64,000 bases of DNA from Lama guanicoe (lineage: Eukaryota). The notes under the pieces were generated by a model, which was given only the letters and a program-made list of their open reading frames with translations, searched no databases and was not told the origin of the DNA. The stretch covers positions 11,803,815 to 11,867,814 of the forward strand of contig MU054323.1 of NCBI GenBank assembly GCA_013239625.1. Direction: 5' to 3'. Made by a program: the position numbers and the translations under genes. This document shows, piece by piece, positions 1 to 11,742 of the stretch. The number at the start of each line of letters is the position of its first letter. Within the stretch, counting starts at the first letter, position 1.

Positions 1-1334
1 TGTTAAGTATTAAAAATAGCACATGTGACATGCTGAGCATCCTTCCATACATGGAGAACGTTATTTCAAGCAAATGTTTGCTAACCTGGCAGGATGTCAG
101 GCCCACAAGCCATCAGAAGCAATGGTATCCTCCAATTAATGGCATTTAACCATGCCAGGCTGACCTGTCCAACTCAGAGCCTGATTCAAAGTCTTCACTC
201 CACACTCCTGGTCTTCCAGGGATCCAGAAAGGTGAACCAGGATCAAGACGATGAGAAGAGCTTCCAGAAAGAGGGAGGAGCCTGTTCTGAGGCATGACCT
301 TCAGAGCCTCAAAAAGATGCTCCCATGATCAGCCACAGAGGAGTTCCACCCCGAGCCCAGGGACAACAAGGGAGCCTTAACCACAGGAAGGCATCCAGGG
401 AGATGAGGCAGGAGGCACGCTGGGTGAGGCAGAGAAGTTAGCTTCTGCAGCCCCTGGCCTGGGCACCGATGTACACACCGGAAACACCCAAGTCCCATGC
501 TGACTTCCGCCACCTCTGTCACACTTGTGCCATCTCCCTGTCACCACTGCCCCACCACCTTCTTAGGGGCTCATCAGAAGTCATCCATTTCCGTTCTCTG
601 CATTGCTGTAACCCCTCAGCTCGCTCGTGCCTTTCTGTTGCTTATCTAATGGAAATGCTTGGCTCCGGCCCACGTGCCACACTTTCTCTGCCACCATCAC
701 CTCCCACCCTGGCCATCAGGCCTTCACTACGTCCCAGGCTCTCTGGACCAGGGCCAAACTATTCCAGGCGAACCTTGATTTTCAGGCACACAGAATTGCC
801 AGCTCTTCCACCCTCACACCTGCTACTCCCCCCACACCACTGCCTTTTAGCCCCAGAAGTCAGCTCAGACCCAGGGACCTGGGACCGTCGTGCTGAAGCA
901 GGTGCCTTCAGAGTGTCTGCTCATACCCGTGCTCTTAATCCCCAGGGCGCTGACCTTTACTTTCCATCCCTCTCCAGGCCTTTCTGCCACGGAAGAATGT
1001 GACCTTGAGCAAGTAACTTCATCCCTCTGGAGATGTGCTTACAGCTATGAGGACAGAGTTACAGGAATTATGTTAGAAGGTGAGATAAAAAAGACCCTAT
1101 GAATTTAGCAATACTTTCAAATGAATTTGTATTTTATTCATTACAACACCATCATCTGGAAAATAGTAGTCCATAGATGAGTCAGATTTATTACTGGTTC
1201 TCCAACAGCAAAGCGAGGACTGGTACACTATGGACTCCTGGACCCAGGGTAATAATTCCTCAGTCCCCTAGGGGTCCACAGCCTACAGGTTGGCAAATAG
1301 TTGACTAAACCATCTCTGTGGGCCTTTCAAGGTC

Positions 1335-3030
1335 ATTAATTCAACAAATATTTACCGAGTGCCTGCCAGGAATTGTTCATTCTAGTTGGGGAGACAGAAA
1401 ATCCAAGAGAAAAAATAAAAAGAATGACTAATCATGGCAACTGGTAGGAAACATAAGGACTGACATTAAAAATGAGGCAGCATGGGGAGTGCAGTCTCCT
1501 TTAGAGGGACCAGCTAAGGAAGGCTTCTCTGGGATGGTAACATTTGACCCTAGGACCCCGACTATGGCAAGACACCAGCGATGGGAAGGGGTGGGGTGGG
1601 GTGGGAAGAAGGAGGGCAGAAGGCATTCCAGGAAGAAGAAACAGCCTTTCCAAAGGCTCTGAGGCAGGTGCCATTGTGGTCTGTTTAGGACCATTTTGGC
1701 TGAAGTTGAAGGGGCAAATTATAGAAGGAAAAGCTATTCCACTTGAACAGATTGACTTCAACGGTTATGCACATCCAGAAGGCAAAGTCAAGACAGCTGA
1801 ACAGAGAGCACGTAACACTCAGATCCCTGAGCGAAACCCATACATTCAGGGGTCATCAACACAGAGAAGATTCCTCAAACTCTGTGAAAAGTGATGGAGC
1901 TTAGAGAAAGAAGAGAAGAGGGGCTCCAGACCCAGTCCTGAGAAATACCACCACTGAGCTGGAGGAGAGAAGAAAGAGATGAGGAGGGGCAGTCATGGAG
2001 GGGCAGGAAGCTGGAAAATCCCAAAGAGAATGGAGTTCCAGAAGGAGGGAATGTTACTGGGAGACAGACAAAGTTAGATGAGGATGGAAACACATCCATT
2101 GGCTTTGACAGTGTGACAATGCTGGTGACTTTGACCAGAGGGGCCAAAGTGGAGTGGTTGTGACAGAAGCCACTAGAGGAGATGAAGACAGAACAGGAGG
2201 TGAGGAACTGGGGGATGGCTTACCGTGAGCAGGCAACCTCTTCCAGAGCACTGACTATCATGAGAAATAGAACAAAAGCACTGAAGATAAAAGAATATGG
2301 TAGATTATTGCTCAGCAAACATTCACTCCCTCTCCCTCCATCTACAAGAGAGAAGTGTACTTCCCACCCCACTGGCCTGGACATCTGATATGGTCAGGCC
2401 ATGAGATGTGCAGATATGCCCTGAACAAAGGCTTGAAATGTACCTGCCTAACTGGGCTTGCTGTCTTTGGCTCCAGCCCTTCTCAATGAGAAAAATACAC
2501 ATTGGGTAACCTGTGGATAAAGGATGATGAAAGACATGGAACGGACTAGAACACAATCCACAACATGGAGCCCAGCTTAGATCTGTGGACTTGTAGCCAA
2601 CCCACAATTCTATAAGCAAGAGAACAAATGCTTGTTGTATGCATGCCCTTGAGATGCTGTGCTTATTTGTTATGCAGCATTATTATGGATATGACTGATT
2701 GATACAAGGGGAAATGTGTGGTCAGATAGGATTAGTTTTAATATAGGTGATACTGGAGTTATGTTTGTATACTAACGGGAAAATGACCTACCGTCATGAC
2801 AGAGGATTTTGATGTCTGGGAGAGGTGAGATAGCTTCGGAAGGTCAACATCTATGAGATAGCGAGAAGGGAAGATTCCCAAGGACAAGTGATGAGGTTGG
2901 CCTTAGATAAAAGGAGAGTGTGGCATCCTCCACTGTAATAAGAGGGGAAAATGTGGGTGCAGATGACAGAAGGTTTAAAAGTCTGGTCAAGGAAAGATGA
3001 GGTGCTCAGACTGGAGGGACTTGAACTTCC
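1335..3030 (-). mobile_element. L2 LINE fragments (ancient), interrupted by an MLT1 LTR
   Basis: Antisense L2 3'-end signature ATTAATTCAACAAATATTTACCGAGTGCC, followed by typical purine-rich L2 segments (GGCATTCCAGG, GGTGACTTTGACCAGAG). Confidence 0.6.
2296..2706 (+). mobile_element. MaLR solo LTR (MLT1, older I/J-like subfamily)
   Basis: Ends with the MLT1 terminus TTGTTATGCAGCATTATTATGG...ACTGATTGATACA; ~410 bp. Confidence 0.7.
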
Positions 3031-4673
3031 CAGGGGATAATGACAGCAACTCAAAGATGGTGGTGAGAGGTGATTTGTTGCCTGCTGTTTGCCTCTCCTT
3101 AAATGTCTCATTTTCTCCACTGATTTAAACTCTAATAAGCCCCACTCTCTGAAAGCCTTTGCTAACTACCCTGACATTGTGACGGTCATGCTGAGGAGGC
3201 TTAATAATTACTTGTTAACTGGCTTAAGAAGAAAAAGTATTTGTCTGTCACTGTTTCATCTTCTAGAATAGCTGACTTGGACCAAAACAAATCAGGCAAG
3301 ACCAGCTGTTAAGAGTTAGCCACCAGAACTATTGTTTTTGGAGACAGGCACATTTTCTGGTTTGGGGTTATTTTTTTTCTCACTTCTTAGGCCAACTTCC
3401 CTGAAGCCTGATCCATTTGGGTTTTGGATTTTTTTTTCTTCATGACTGCCTCAAAAATCAATCCTGCCTCGGACGTACTGACATCTTCCCTGAGAAAGCA
3501 GAAGGGTTATTTTCCAGGTGTTCTTTAATGCCACTGCTTAGAGGGCTTTCTGTTTTATTTTCAATGAAACAAAAGACAGCAGATCTGACAGGTGATGCTA
3601 GGGAGCCTGTATTTCATGCAAGGGGTCCCAGAAATAACAAGCAGCCGGCATGCTCCCTCCATCCCAGCTATGCAGATCTTCTTTATATCTGAAACACAGG
3701 AAAGGGAGCTCACTCTTGAGGCTCTTCCCAGCCTGAGCCAGGGTGACGGAGTGGACCTTGAAGTCATGGTTCAAGGAATCTGATGGTTTCAGAAGCTTTC
3801 CTGCAGTGCCATCTTCACATCCACCAGTTATGTGGGGAGAAAACAGGACGAGTCCAAAGAACACTCCTCGCTTGGCAACAGGGCTGCCACAGGCAAACTC
3901 ATGAAGCAGGTGGGGGCGCTCACCTTCCCTCCCCTCCAGGGATCCAAGCCACCCTCCCAAGTTCCCATCATGTCCACACGCCAGAATCGTCAAGTCAGCC
4001 CACCCCTCCTCCTCTGTTGGAGAAAAGTGTCCCTCAAGAAGCCCTCCAGTCCATGGCTGGGCTGGGTGAGGGTCCTCTCTTCTGAGCTTCCGAAGGCCCC
4101 CTACTCTCACCTTATAGCCAAACAATGACATAAGGTATCTTCCCCAAGAGGGTCTGAGCTCTCTGGGTCCGGGGCTATGTCTGATCCACCTATGTTTCCT
4201 CCTCCAGGAGGGTGACAGACACAATTGGGTGCCTGATACGTTTTGTTCTATTCTGACAACAGAGGTGGTGGAGCACTCAACCTGCCTGAGAGGAGTCTCA
4301 GTTCTGCCTGAACCATGGAGCTGGAGGCTGTCCCTTTATATTTAAGGGACTTTCTCCTCTTCTGTGAAGGCACGTATTTTAATATATACTTCACAGGTTC
4401 CATGAGGACAGAACTAACTAATGCATGTTTATAAACTGGCAAGTGTCTTACAAAGGTACATCATTAGTACTAATTCATACTAAAGTTGTAGAGGCTGGAT
4501 TCCCTCACCCCCAAATATTTCACTTTTAAACAGACCCTCTGACCTCCCTTCCCTTGCATAGACGGCAAGTTTTCCCTCCTCCAGCAGTGGTAGTATTTCA
4601 GACCTGGGTGAAAAGAGTTGTATTTGTTTTGACTGAGAGAGGTACTCAGACCCCTTAAATATAGAATACAGAC

Positions 4674-5012
4674 CAGAGGTCGGCAAGCTACAGCCCACTG
4701 GCCAAATCTGACCCACCACCTGCTTTGGTATAACAGGTGTACTAAGCACTGATTTTAACATTTTCAAATAGTTTGAAAAAAAACTCAAAAGAAGAGCATT
4801 TTGTGACACATGAAAAGTAGATGAAATTCAAATTACAGTGTCCATAAATAAAGATTTATCGAAACACAGCCATGCCCACGTGTTTACAGATTGTCCATGG
4901 CTGCTTTCAGGCTACACCAGCAGAGCTGAGCAGCTGAACCAGGGACCATATGGCCTGTAAAGACAAATTATTTACTAATTGGTTCTTCAATGGAAAAGTT
5001 TGCCAACTCCTA
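4674..5012. mobile_element. MER58B-like non-autonomous hAT-Charlie DNA transposon
   Basis: Terminal inverted repeats CAGAGGTCGGCAAGCT ... AGTTTGCCAACTCCTA; 8-bp TSD ATACAGAC (4666-4673) / CTATAGAC (5013-5020); diagnostic internal CAGTGTCCATAAATAAAG. Confidence 0.85.
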
Positions 5013-7923
5013 CTATAGACCATCTTTCTACTCACCCCAAGACTACTCCTGAAAAAGAAATGATTAAAGAAGATGTTGGGAAGGAAAAAAAAAAGACTAC
5101 TCCTGGAAAAAGATCTAGAATGAGTTGGGATTTGATTCTGGGGGTTCTACTTTAATAGAGGTACAGACTAAATGGATCACTTTCAGGTAGGCAACCAGGA
5201 ATGTTCTGGTACTCAGACATATGTCAAAGGAAGAATGGTTAGAGAAATCATTAAGAGGGTGCCTTCAATGATGCAAAGAACTGTCATGCAAAAGGAAGAT
5301 CACGATCCTTCTATGTGGCTGCAAGAAATAAACCTGGGACTGAAGACCCCTTTCAGCTCAACATAAGGAGGCACCCAAGCCGTCTGTGCTGCCTCCAGTG
5401 ATGATCTCCCCATCCGCATATACACTCAAAGTAGTGAATATACAATATTGTGAGTATAAAATGCAGTGATCAGTGACCAGCATCTGTTCAACTTTTAGAA
5501 GATGACTCATCTTGCAAAGGCCTCCTTAACTACATCACAAGCATCCGCAGGGTAGGAGGTTCCTGGATGCCATGTTTATACAACGTGATTCAACCACATG
5601 GCTCCTGTCCAGAGCTTGGCACACTAGTGTCGCTTACCTTAGAACCTGAAAGCTGGTCAGGACAGGGATGGAAAAAACAGGGGTGCTCTGTGTGACTGAG
5701 CATAACCTTTCTGCTCAGCATGTGGGCTGAGGAGCAGGGAAGGCTGGTCTGCCAGGAAAGAAGAATAAAGCAGATGCACAGAGAGGAGGAGAGGGCTGAG
5801 ACAGAGAAAGAGTTCCCCTAGGTTCCCAATAGCCTTGCAGTCCTGGGCTCCAAACTCTGCCTGAGGCCTGGGTTCCATGACCACACTTCTGGACCACTAG
5901 AAGAGTCTCACATGGCAGAAGCTAGCTTGAGATGCATACTCTGAAGTACAGCTCAAAGAACCTTAAGGGATAGTTCTGAGGTAAGGGAGACTGAAACCTT
6001 GACAGCCTGCCCAGTCTTTACCAATACTGGGGATCTAAGATGCCGTTAGCCAACCCACAGGAGAGGACACACCACTTCTAGAGGCGATGTCTGCGGAGTC
6101 TGGGGCCACACATCCTGAGCAGAGACCACAGACACAGTATGTGGATTCCCGCACACCAGGCTTCCGTCCCTCCTCTTTAGGCAGAAGATAACATGAATCT
6201 ATCATACCACGCTGCTGCAAAGAATAATGAATAGCACTGTTAACAAATGACAAGTGCTACATTTCTTATTATTATCTATCATGTCTACATCACTTTATTT
6301 CTGTAGCATCCAGCGGGTGTTGAATGCCAATGGACTGAAAAACACTTTTGCAGACTTGCAGCCTCCAAGAAAGAAAAACATCCATGAGCAGAACAGTAAG
6401 GCTGCCAGGTTATTCCCAGACCTGGGCTGAACTAGTCTGAGCAGGACCTGAGAAGCCCCTCCCAAGCACGGTGATTGGGTGGAAACCCATTTCATCCAGG
6501 TCATTCATATTCGTTTTGGTGCAATAAGATCTACCCCAGCTGCAGGCTTGGGCATTGCACGACTTGAAAGTCACAGCTATTTGTGTGATCAGAGAGTGAT
6601 TAAAGGGAATTCTATGACAGAGACAGGACATGGGCAACACGTGGCCAGATGCCCTCTTTGCCCCAGCAACATGACAGCCTTTGGCCTTCTTTGATCCATT
6701 TTTATTGCACATGCCAGACTCTACCATTCCCCAGGTGCCTCTCAGCTTCTCTGCTTTCTCCATTTTGCATGTGGAAAATGAAAGTTCATGATTAAGTGGT
6801 TTTCCCAAAGAGCATGAGGCTGGCCTTGAGACTGGAAGGCACAGGCTGCATCTGGTCCAGCAATGATGCCCCCACAGAGACTCACTGTGGGGAATGTGTT
6901 GGGTGAGGGGCAGGAATCTCTGGAGAAGAAATTAGGCTCTGGTTCCATTGCTGTCCCATGATACTGGGCCCCATGCGGGTCATTTCTCCTCTCTGGCCTT
7001 AGTAGCTCATCTGTCCAATGAGCAGACTGGACCAGAAGCCAGGTAAGAGTATCAAGATGAAAATGAGAAAGAGGCCAGAAGCTGATACAAAAGAACCGCC
7101 AGACAAATGTCAAATCTGGGGTGGAATCAATGAGCATATTCTGGCTGAATCACTGCAAGTACAAAAATGTGCTGAGTTAAAGAGGAACTGACAGCAGACA
7201 AGAGTTATGGAAACAACAGTGGGAGTAGGCAAAGAAAGAAAAGGTGGCAAACAAAGAGAAGACAACCAGAGATGGCTTAATCTTGGTAGAGATTTGTCAC
7301 CTTAATAGCTCAATGTCACCAACACCAGACAAGGTAGGGTAACCACTAGGATCCCACCCAGCCTTCAGTGTCTGTGAATTTCCGCCTTGTTCCAGATGTG
7401 CTAACAAATGCACATCAGCCCCAACAACAGAACAACTGCAAGCTATTCGTATCTGACCCAGCCTGGGTCCTGCCTCAAGCTACTCCTTTCCTACCTAGTA
7501 CTAATTGGACATGGGGGAAATCATCCCCAAAAAGTGCATATGCCAGAGTCACCACTTCCATTTATACGAAAATGGTCTTTGCCTCAACTTCCTACTTTTT
7601 ACTTTCCACTAGAGTGTTCTTCGGTCCTGGAAAAGTCAACCTGCCTACTCATCAGGACAAGCAATGATTACAGCAAGCCACTAAAAAAGTTTAAAGCTCC
7701 TGACCCTCCAAGGAGGGAATGCAGACTAGCTAAAAAGAGAGGAAAATTTATTTCCCAAACCAGCGATTTAACATCCTAATCTGTTCCAGGCTATCTCCCA
7801 TAGTAGTTACTGAATATTTTCAACCCAGCAACTCCTTTCTCAAGAAAAAGTTCCCAAAGTAGCTGACACTTAGGACTTAAGAGTTTCTCCACCTATCTGT
7901 GCCTAATTAAATGTGAGGAGCAG

Positions 7924-8405
7924 TGCCTGAATTCCTTTCATATGGCTGCTATCACAACTGACCATAAATTGGTGGCTTAAAACAATGTGAATGTATTCTC
8001 CCAGAGTTCTGTAGGTTAGAAGTCCAACACGCGTCTCTGGACTAGAATCAAGGTGTCAGCAAAGGTGTGGTCCTTTGGAGGCTCTAGGGCAGAATAGGTT
8101 TCCCTCCCTTCTCCAGCTCCTAGAGTCCACCTGTATTCCTTGGCCCATGTTCTCTCTCCTCTATCTCTATCTCCAAAGCCAGCAACAGCGAGTGAAGTCC
8201 TCACATTAATCATTCCGACCCCCACCCCTTTTAAGGACTCTTGTATTTACGTTGGATTCCCCTGGGTAATCCAGGATAATCTCCTTAATTTCAGGTCAAC
8301 TGATTAACAACTTCACTCTCCTTTGTCATGTAACTTAACATACAGTTTCTAGGATAAGGACGAGGACATCCTGGGGGAGCGGGGGCTCTTATTTTACCTA
8401 CCACG
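7924..8405 (-). mobile_element. MaLR solo LTR (MLT1C/D-like)
   Basis: Antisense MLT1 hallmarks GGTGGCTTAAAACAA, AGAAGTCC, AATCAAGGTGTCAGCA, GGTAATCCAGGATAATCTCC and terminal ...CCTACCACG. Confidence 0.85.
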
Positions 8406-8584
8406 GTACTGTCTCAGAATGGACAGGAAGCGAGTCCGACTCACTAAGCCTATGATCCTGACCAAACCTCCTGTCACTTTGGTTTCCTCCTCTAAAATCA
8501 AGAGTTTAGTCTAAGATTCTTAAAATATATAACTTTATGCAGGTAAAAACAAAGTCGTTAAAAGATAAGGCTCTCTTCTGTGCA

Positions 8585-8770
8585 TTAGTTTTCAAAGCAC
8601 TTGTCTATATTTTGTCTCATTTAATCCTCGCATCAATCCTGGGAAATATACAGGGAAAACACCGCCATTATTCCCACTCTGTGTAAGTGTAATCTGAGAG
8701 TAAAAAGTTAAATGATTCACCCAGGGTCACACAACTAAAAAATGACAGTCACGATTTCACATTAGGGTCT
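8585..8770 (-). mobile_element. MIR SINE fragment
   Basis: Antisense MIR core: TCTCATTTAATCCTC...AAGTTAAATGATTCACCCAGGGTCACACAACT. Confidence 0.7.
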
Positions 8771-10457
8771 TCTAATAACACATGCCCTAAGTGAAAACCT
8801 GTTCTGAATACCATGGAAATGTACACACAGGGAAGACGGTAAATATCACCACCGCCAACAACACCACATTTGGCCAAAGCACAACTTGACCTAAGTGGAG
8901 AGGTCTGGCAATAGTAGATGCTGGTCTCTGAAGATAACTCAGGACCCTGGGTCTCTCATTTTGGATTTCTGTCCTCTGTCTGGTTGTATCCTATTGAATG
9001 TATCCTCCTGAAACATTCCTCCTTTCTTTCTGTATGACTACACACCATCAGCTTAGTCCTGGTTCTCAATCAAGGAGAAGCAGTCAGGAGCCTCTAACTG
9101 GGGGAAGACTCAGGGAGAGTCTCATGGACTCCATGCAGTGTCAGGGGGTATGAGACGTACTGCCTGCTTGTGAGACAGGATAACTAATCACAGTTATAGA
9201 AGCTTCTCCCTCATTCTCTTGAGTAAAATCTAGCAGAAGGGAAAATACAGACATGAAGACATCTTCTAGTATACAGGAACGAGAAGAGAGCAAAAGAAGA
9301 TTATCTGAAAGTCTCTGAGGTCTGGTAGACATTCGTTATATTTTGGCCCTGAGCATCCATTGTCACTTCTCAGTGTCTTTTGGGGACGGTCCCTCTCTGC
9401 ACTCCTAGACCATGCACTTGCTGCATCCTCCATCCTCTACTCTAAGGGCAGAGAATTAACTTCTCCCATCAATAGTCACTAAGCACCAAATACGTGCTCT
9501 AGGCATCAGAGATACAACAGGAGAAAAGCCAGAAGAGCCTCTTCTGTCACAGAGCTAAAAAATAAACAAATGAGCAAAAAAACCCAACAGGATCTTTTTG
9601 AGAGTGTTACAGGCTATGAGAAAATAAAATACAGTTTTTGTTACAGAGAGAGACCAAGGACTTTTTAGTCATGTTAGCTTAATTCTTCTTTTGTTTTCTG
9701 CTGTCCACATGCAAGCATCCTAACACAGGTGGCATTCACCCCCTAATACTGAGCCTACTTAACACTGTCCACAGAGTCACACTGTACTAACCATACCAAC
9801 ACCTTAGTGCCCATGGGAAATGGGCAGATGAGAAAGAACCAGAACTGGCAGGTTTAGCTCAGAGCCTCAAGGCTCTGGTTCGAGCTCAGCATTGACTAGC
9901 CGAGGACCTTCCACCTGGACTGGAGTGTTTTTTCACCAATGAAATGGGTGAATTTCACGAGTCAATCTCAATGATTCATTCCAAGTGCACCATCTTATGT
10001 CCTATGTCCTATATGGTCAGAACTGCTCAGACTTGCATTATAGCTGGGAACTGAGTAATCTCAAACTGGTATCAGTCATCATCTTACATCTCTATTAAAA
10101 AGCTGCAAAACAAGCATCTAATACTTGATCCAGATCTATACCAAATCATCAGGGGAGATGCAAACTGCATACTCAGCAAATGCACTGCAATCTGCAAACA
10201 AAAACTCCAGTGCCTAATAAAAGTCAGTGATTCGAGATGATGCTGATTTTACCTGTAAAACTCACAGTGGACTCTGAGGAGCTCTGCCTCCATCCTTCAC
10301 AGCTTATTAAGGGCAGAAGGGTTTGGGCAAATTACATTTGGTTGGAGTAGAAGCATCTGTATCCTTTTCTGTAGGTTGGGGGTAAGGGGATGTGCACCAT
10401 CTTGTGACATAAATGTATCTGTAAATATGTTAGAATCCTGCTAGTATAATAATCCCT

Positions 10458-10790
10458 TTAAAAAGAAAAAGAAAAAAAGGACACTATGAACTCATCTACA
10501 AAACAGAAACAGACTCGCAGACATAGTAAACAATCCTATGATTACCGGAGTAAGGAGGTGGGAAGGGATAAATTTGGGAGTTTGAGATTTACAATTGTTA
10601 GCTACTATATATAAAAATAGATTTTTTTAAAAGTTTCTACTGTACAGCACAGCGAATGTTGTTCAATATCTTGTAATAACCTTTAATTCAAAAATATGAA
10701 AACAAATATATCTATGTATATGCATGACTGGGGCATTGTGCTGTATACCAAAAATTGACACATTGTAACTGATGGTACTTCAATAATACA
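10458..10790 (+). mobile_element. L1 3' UTR fragment (artiodactyl/camelid-type)
   Basis: ATGAACTCATCTACAAAACAGAAACAGACTCGCAGACATAG...CTACTGTACAGCACAG...CACATTGTAACTGA..ACTTCAATAA is a typical cetartiodactyl L1 3' end. Confidence 0.85.
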
Positions 10791-11617
10791 TACACACATA
10801 CATATATTTACATGGTTGAAAAAAGAAAGTATACAATGAAGTTTCCCTTCTACCCCTGTCCATCCCTAGTTCACATGAGCACCCCAAAGGCTAACCATTA
10901 TTAGTCTGTTATGCATCTTTCCAAAATTTCCTACGTATATGGAAGCAGATATAAATACACATTCTTATTCTGCCCCAACCCACTCCACCACCTTTTATAC
11001 AAAAGGTAGTACGGTATACACACTGTTCAGAATTTTTTTTATTTGGTAATCTGATAGGTGAAATACGGTATTCATATGTAGTTTTAATTTGACTTTTTCT
11101 GAGGTAAGGTTGAGCTTAGCTTTGAACACATTTAGGGCTGTTCATATTTTTTTCTATGACTTGCCTGGTTATAGCCTTTGCCTACTTTTTCTATGGGGTT
11201 GAAATTCTTAATCTTATTGACTCTTCAGAGCTCTTTATCTCAAAGATGATTAGTTCTTTGCCATTTATTTTTTCAGTTTACTTTATGCAGGTTATTTTTA
11301 CCTACTCAGGTGACATTGTTGGTTTTTTTTTTTCCTTTCAATTTTTGTCTGGTTAAATATATCAGATTTTTCTTCTATGGTTTCTGGACTTAAATCTTGG
11401 TTAGAAAAGCCTTCTCTGTGTTTTCTTCTGGCACTTTGATAGTTTTGTTTTTACATTTAAATCTTATTTTTTTTAGAATTTTATCCCAGCATCTATATCG
11501 GGTGAGGTACAGATTCAATTTTTTCTCCCATAGGGCTTTATTTAAACTTTTCCTCCAGTGACTTGAGTTGCCATGTTTATCAAATAGTAAATGATCATAT
11601 GTATTTGAGTCCACTTC

Positions 11618-11742
11618 TTTTGGGGGGGGTAATAATTAGGCTTATTTATTTATTAATTTATTTATAATGGAGGTACCGGGGATTGAACCCAGGACCTTGT
11701 GCATGCTAAGCACCCACTCCACCACTGAGCTAGACCCTTCCC
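11618..11742 (-). mobile_element. Camelid tRNA-Ala-derived SINE (vic-1-like), inserted in the old L1
   Basis: Reverse complement GGGAAGGGTCTAGCTCAGTGGTGGAGTGGGTGCTTAGCATGCACAAGGTCCTGGGTTCAATCCCCGGTACCTCC with A/B boxes and a (TAAA)n tail; degenerate ~16-bp flanking duplication. Confidence 0.9.

Noticed and set aside
3598..4224. 208-aa minus ORF (also the 177-aa ORF at 469-1002 and the 166-aa ORF at 23778-24278)
   Set aside because: No recognisable homology or exon structure; these lengths can arise by chance in GC-richer intronic or repeat DNA.
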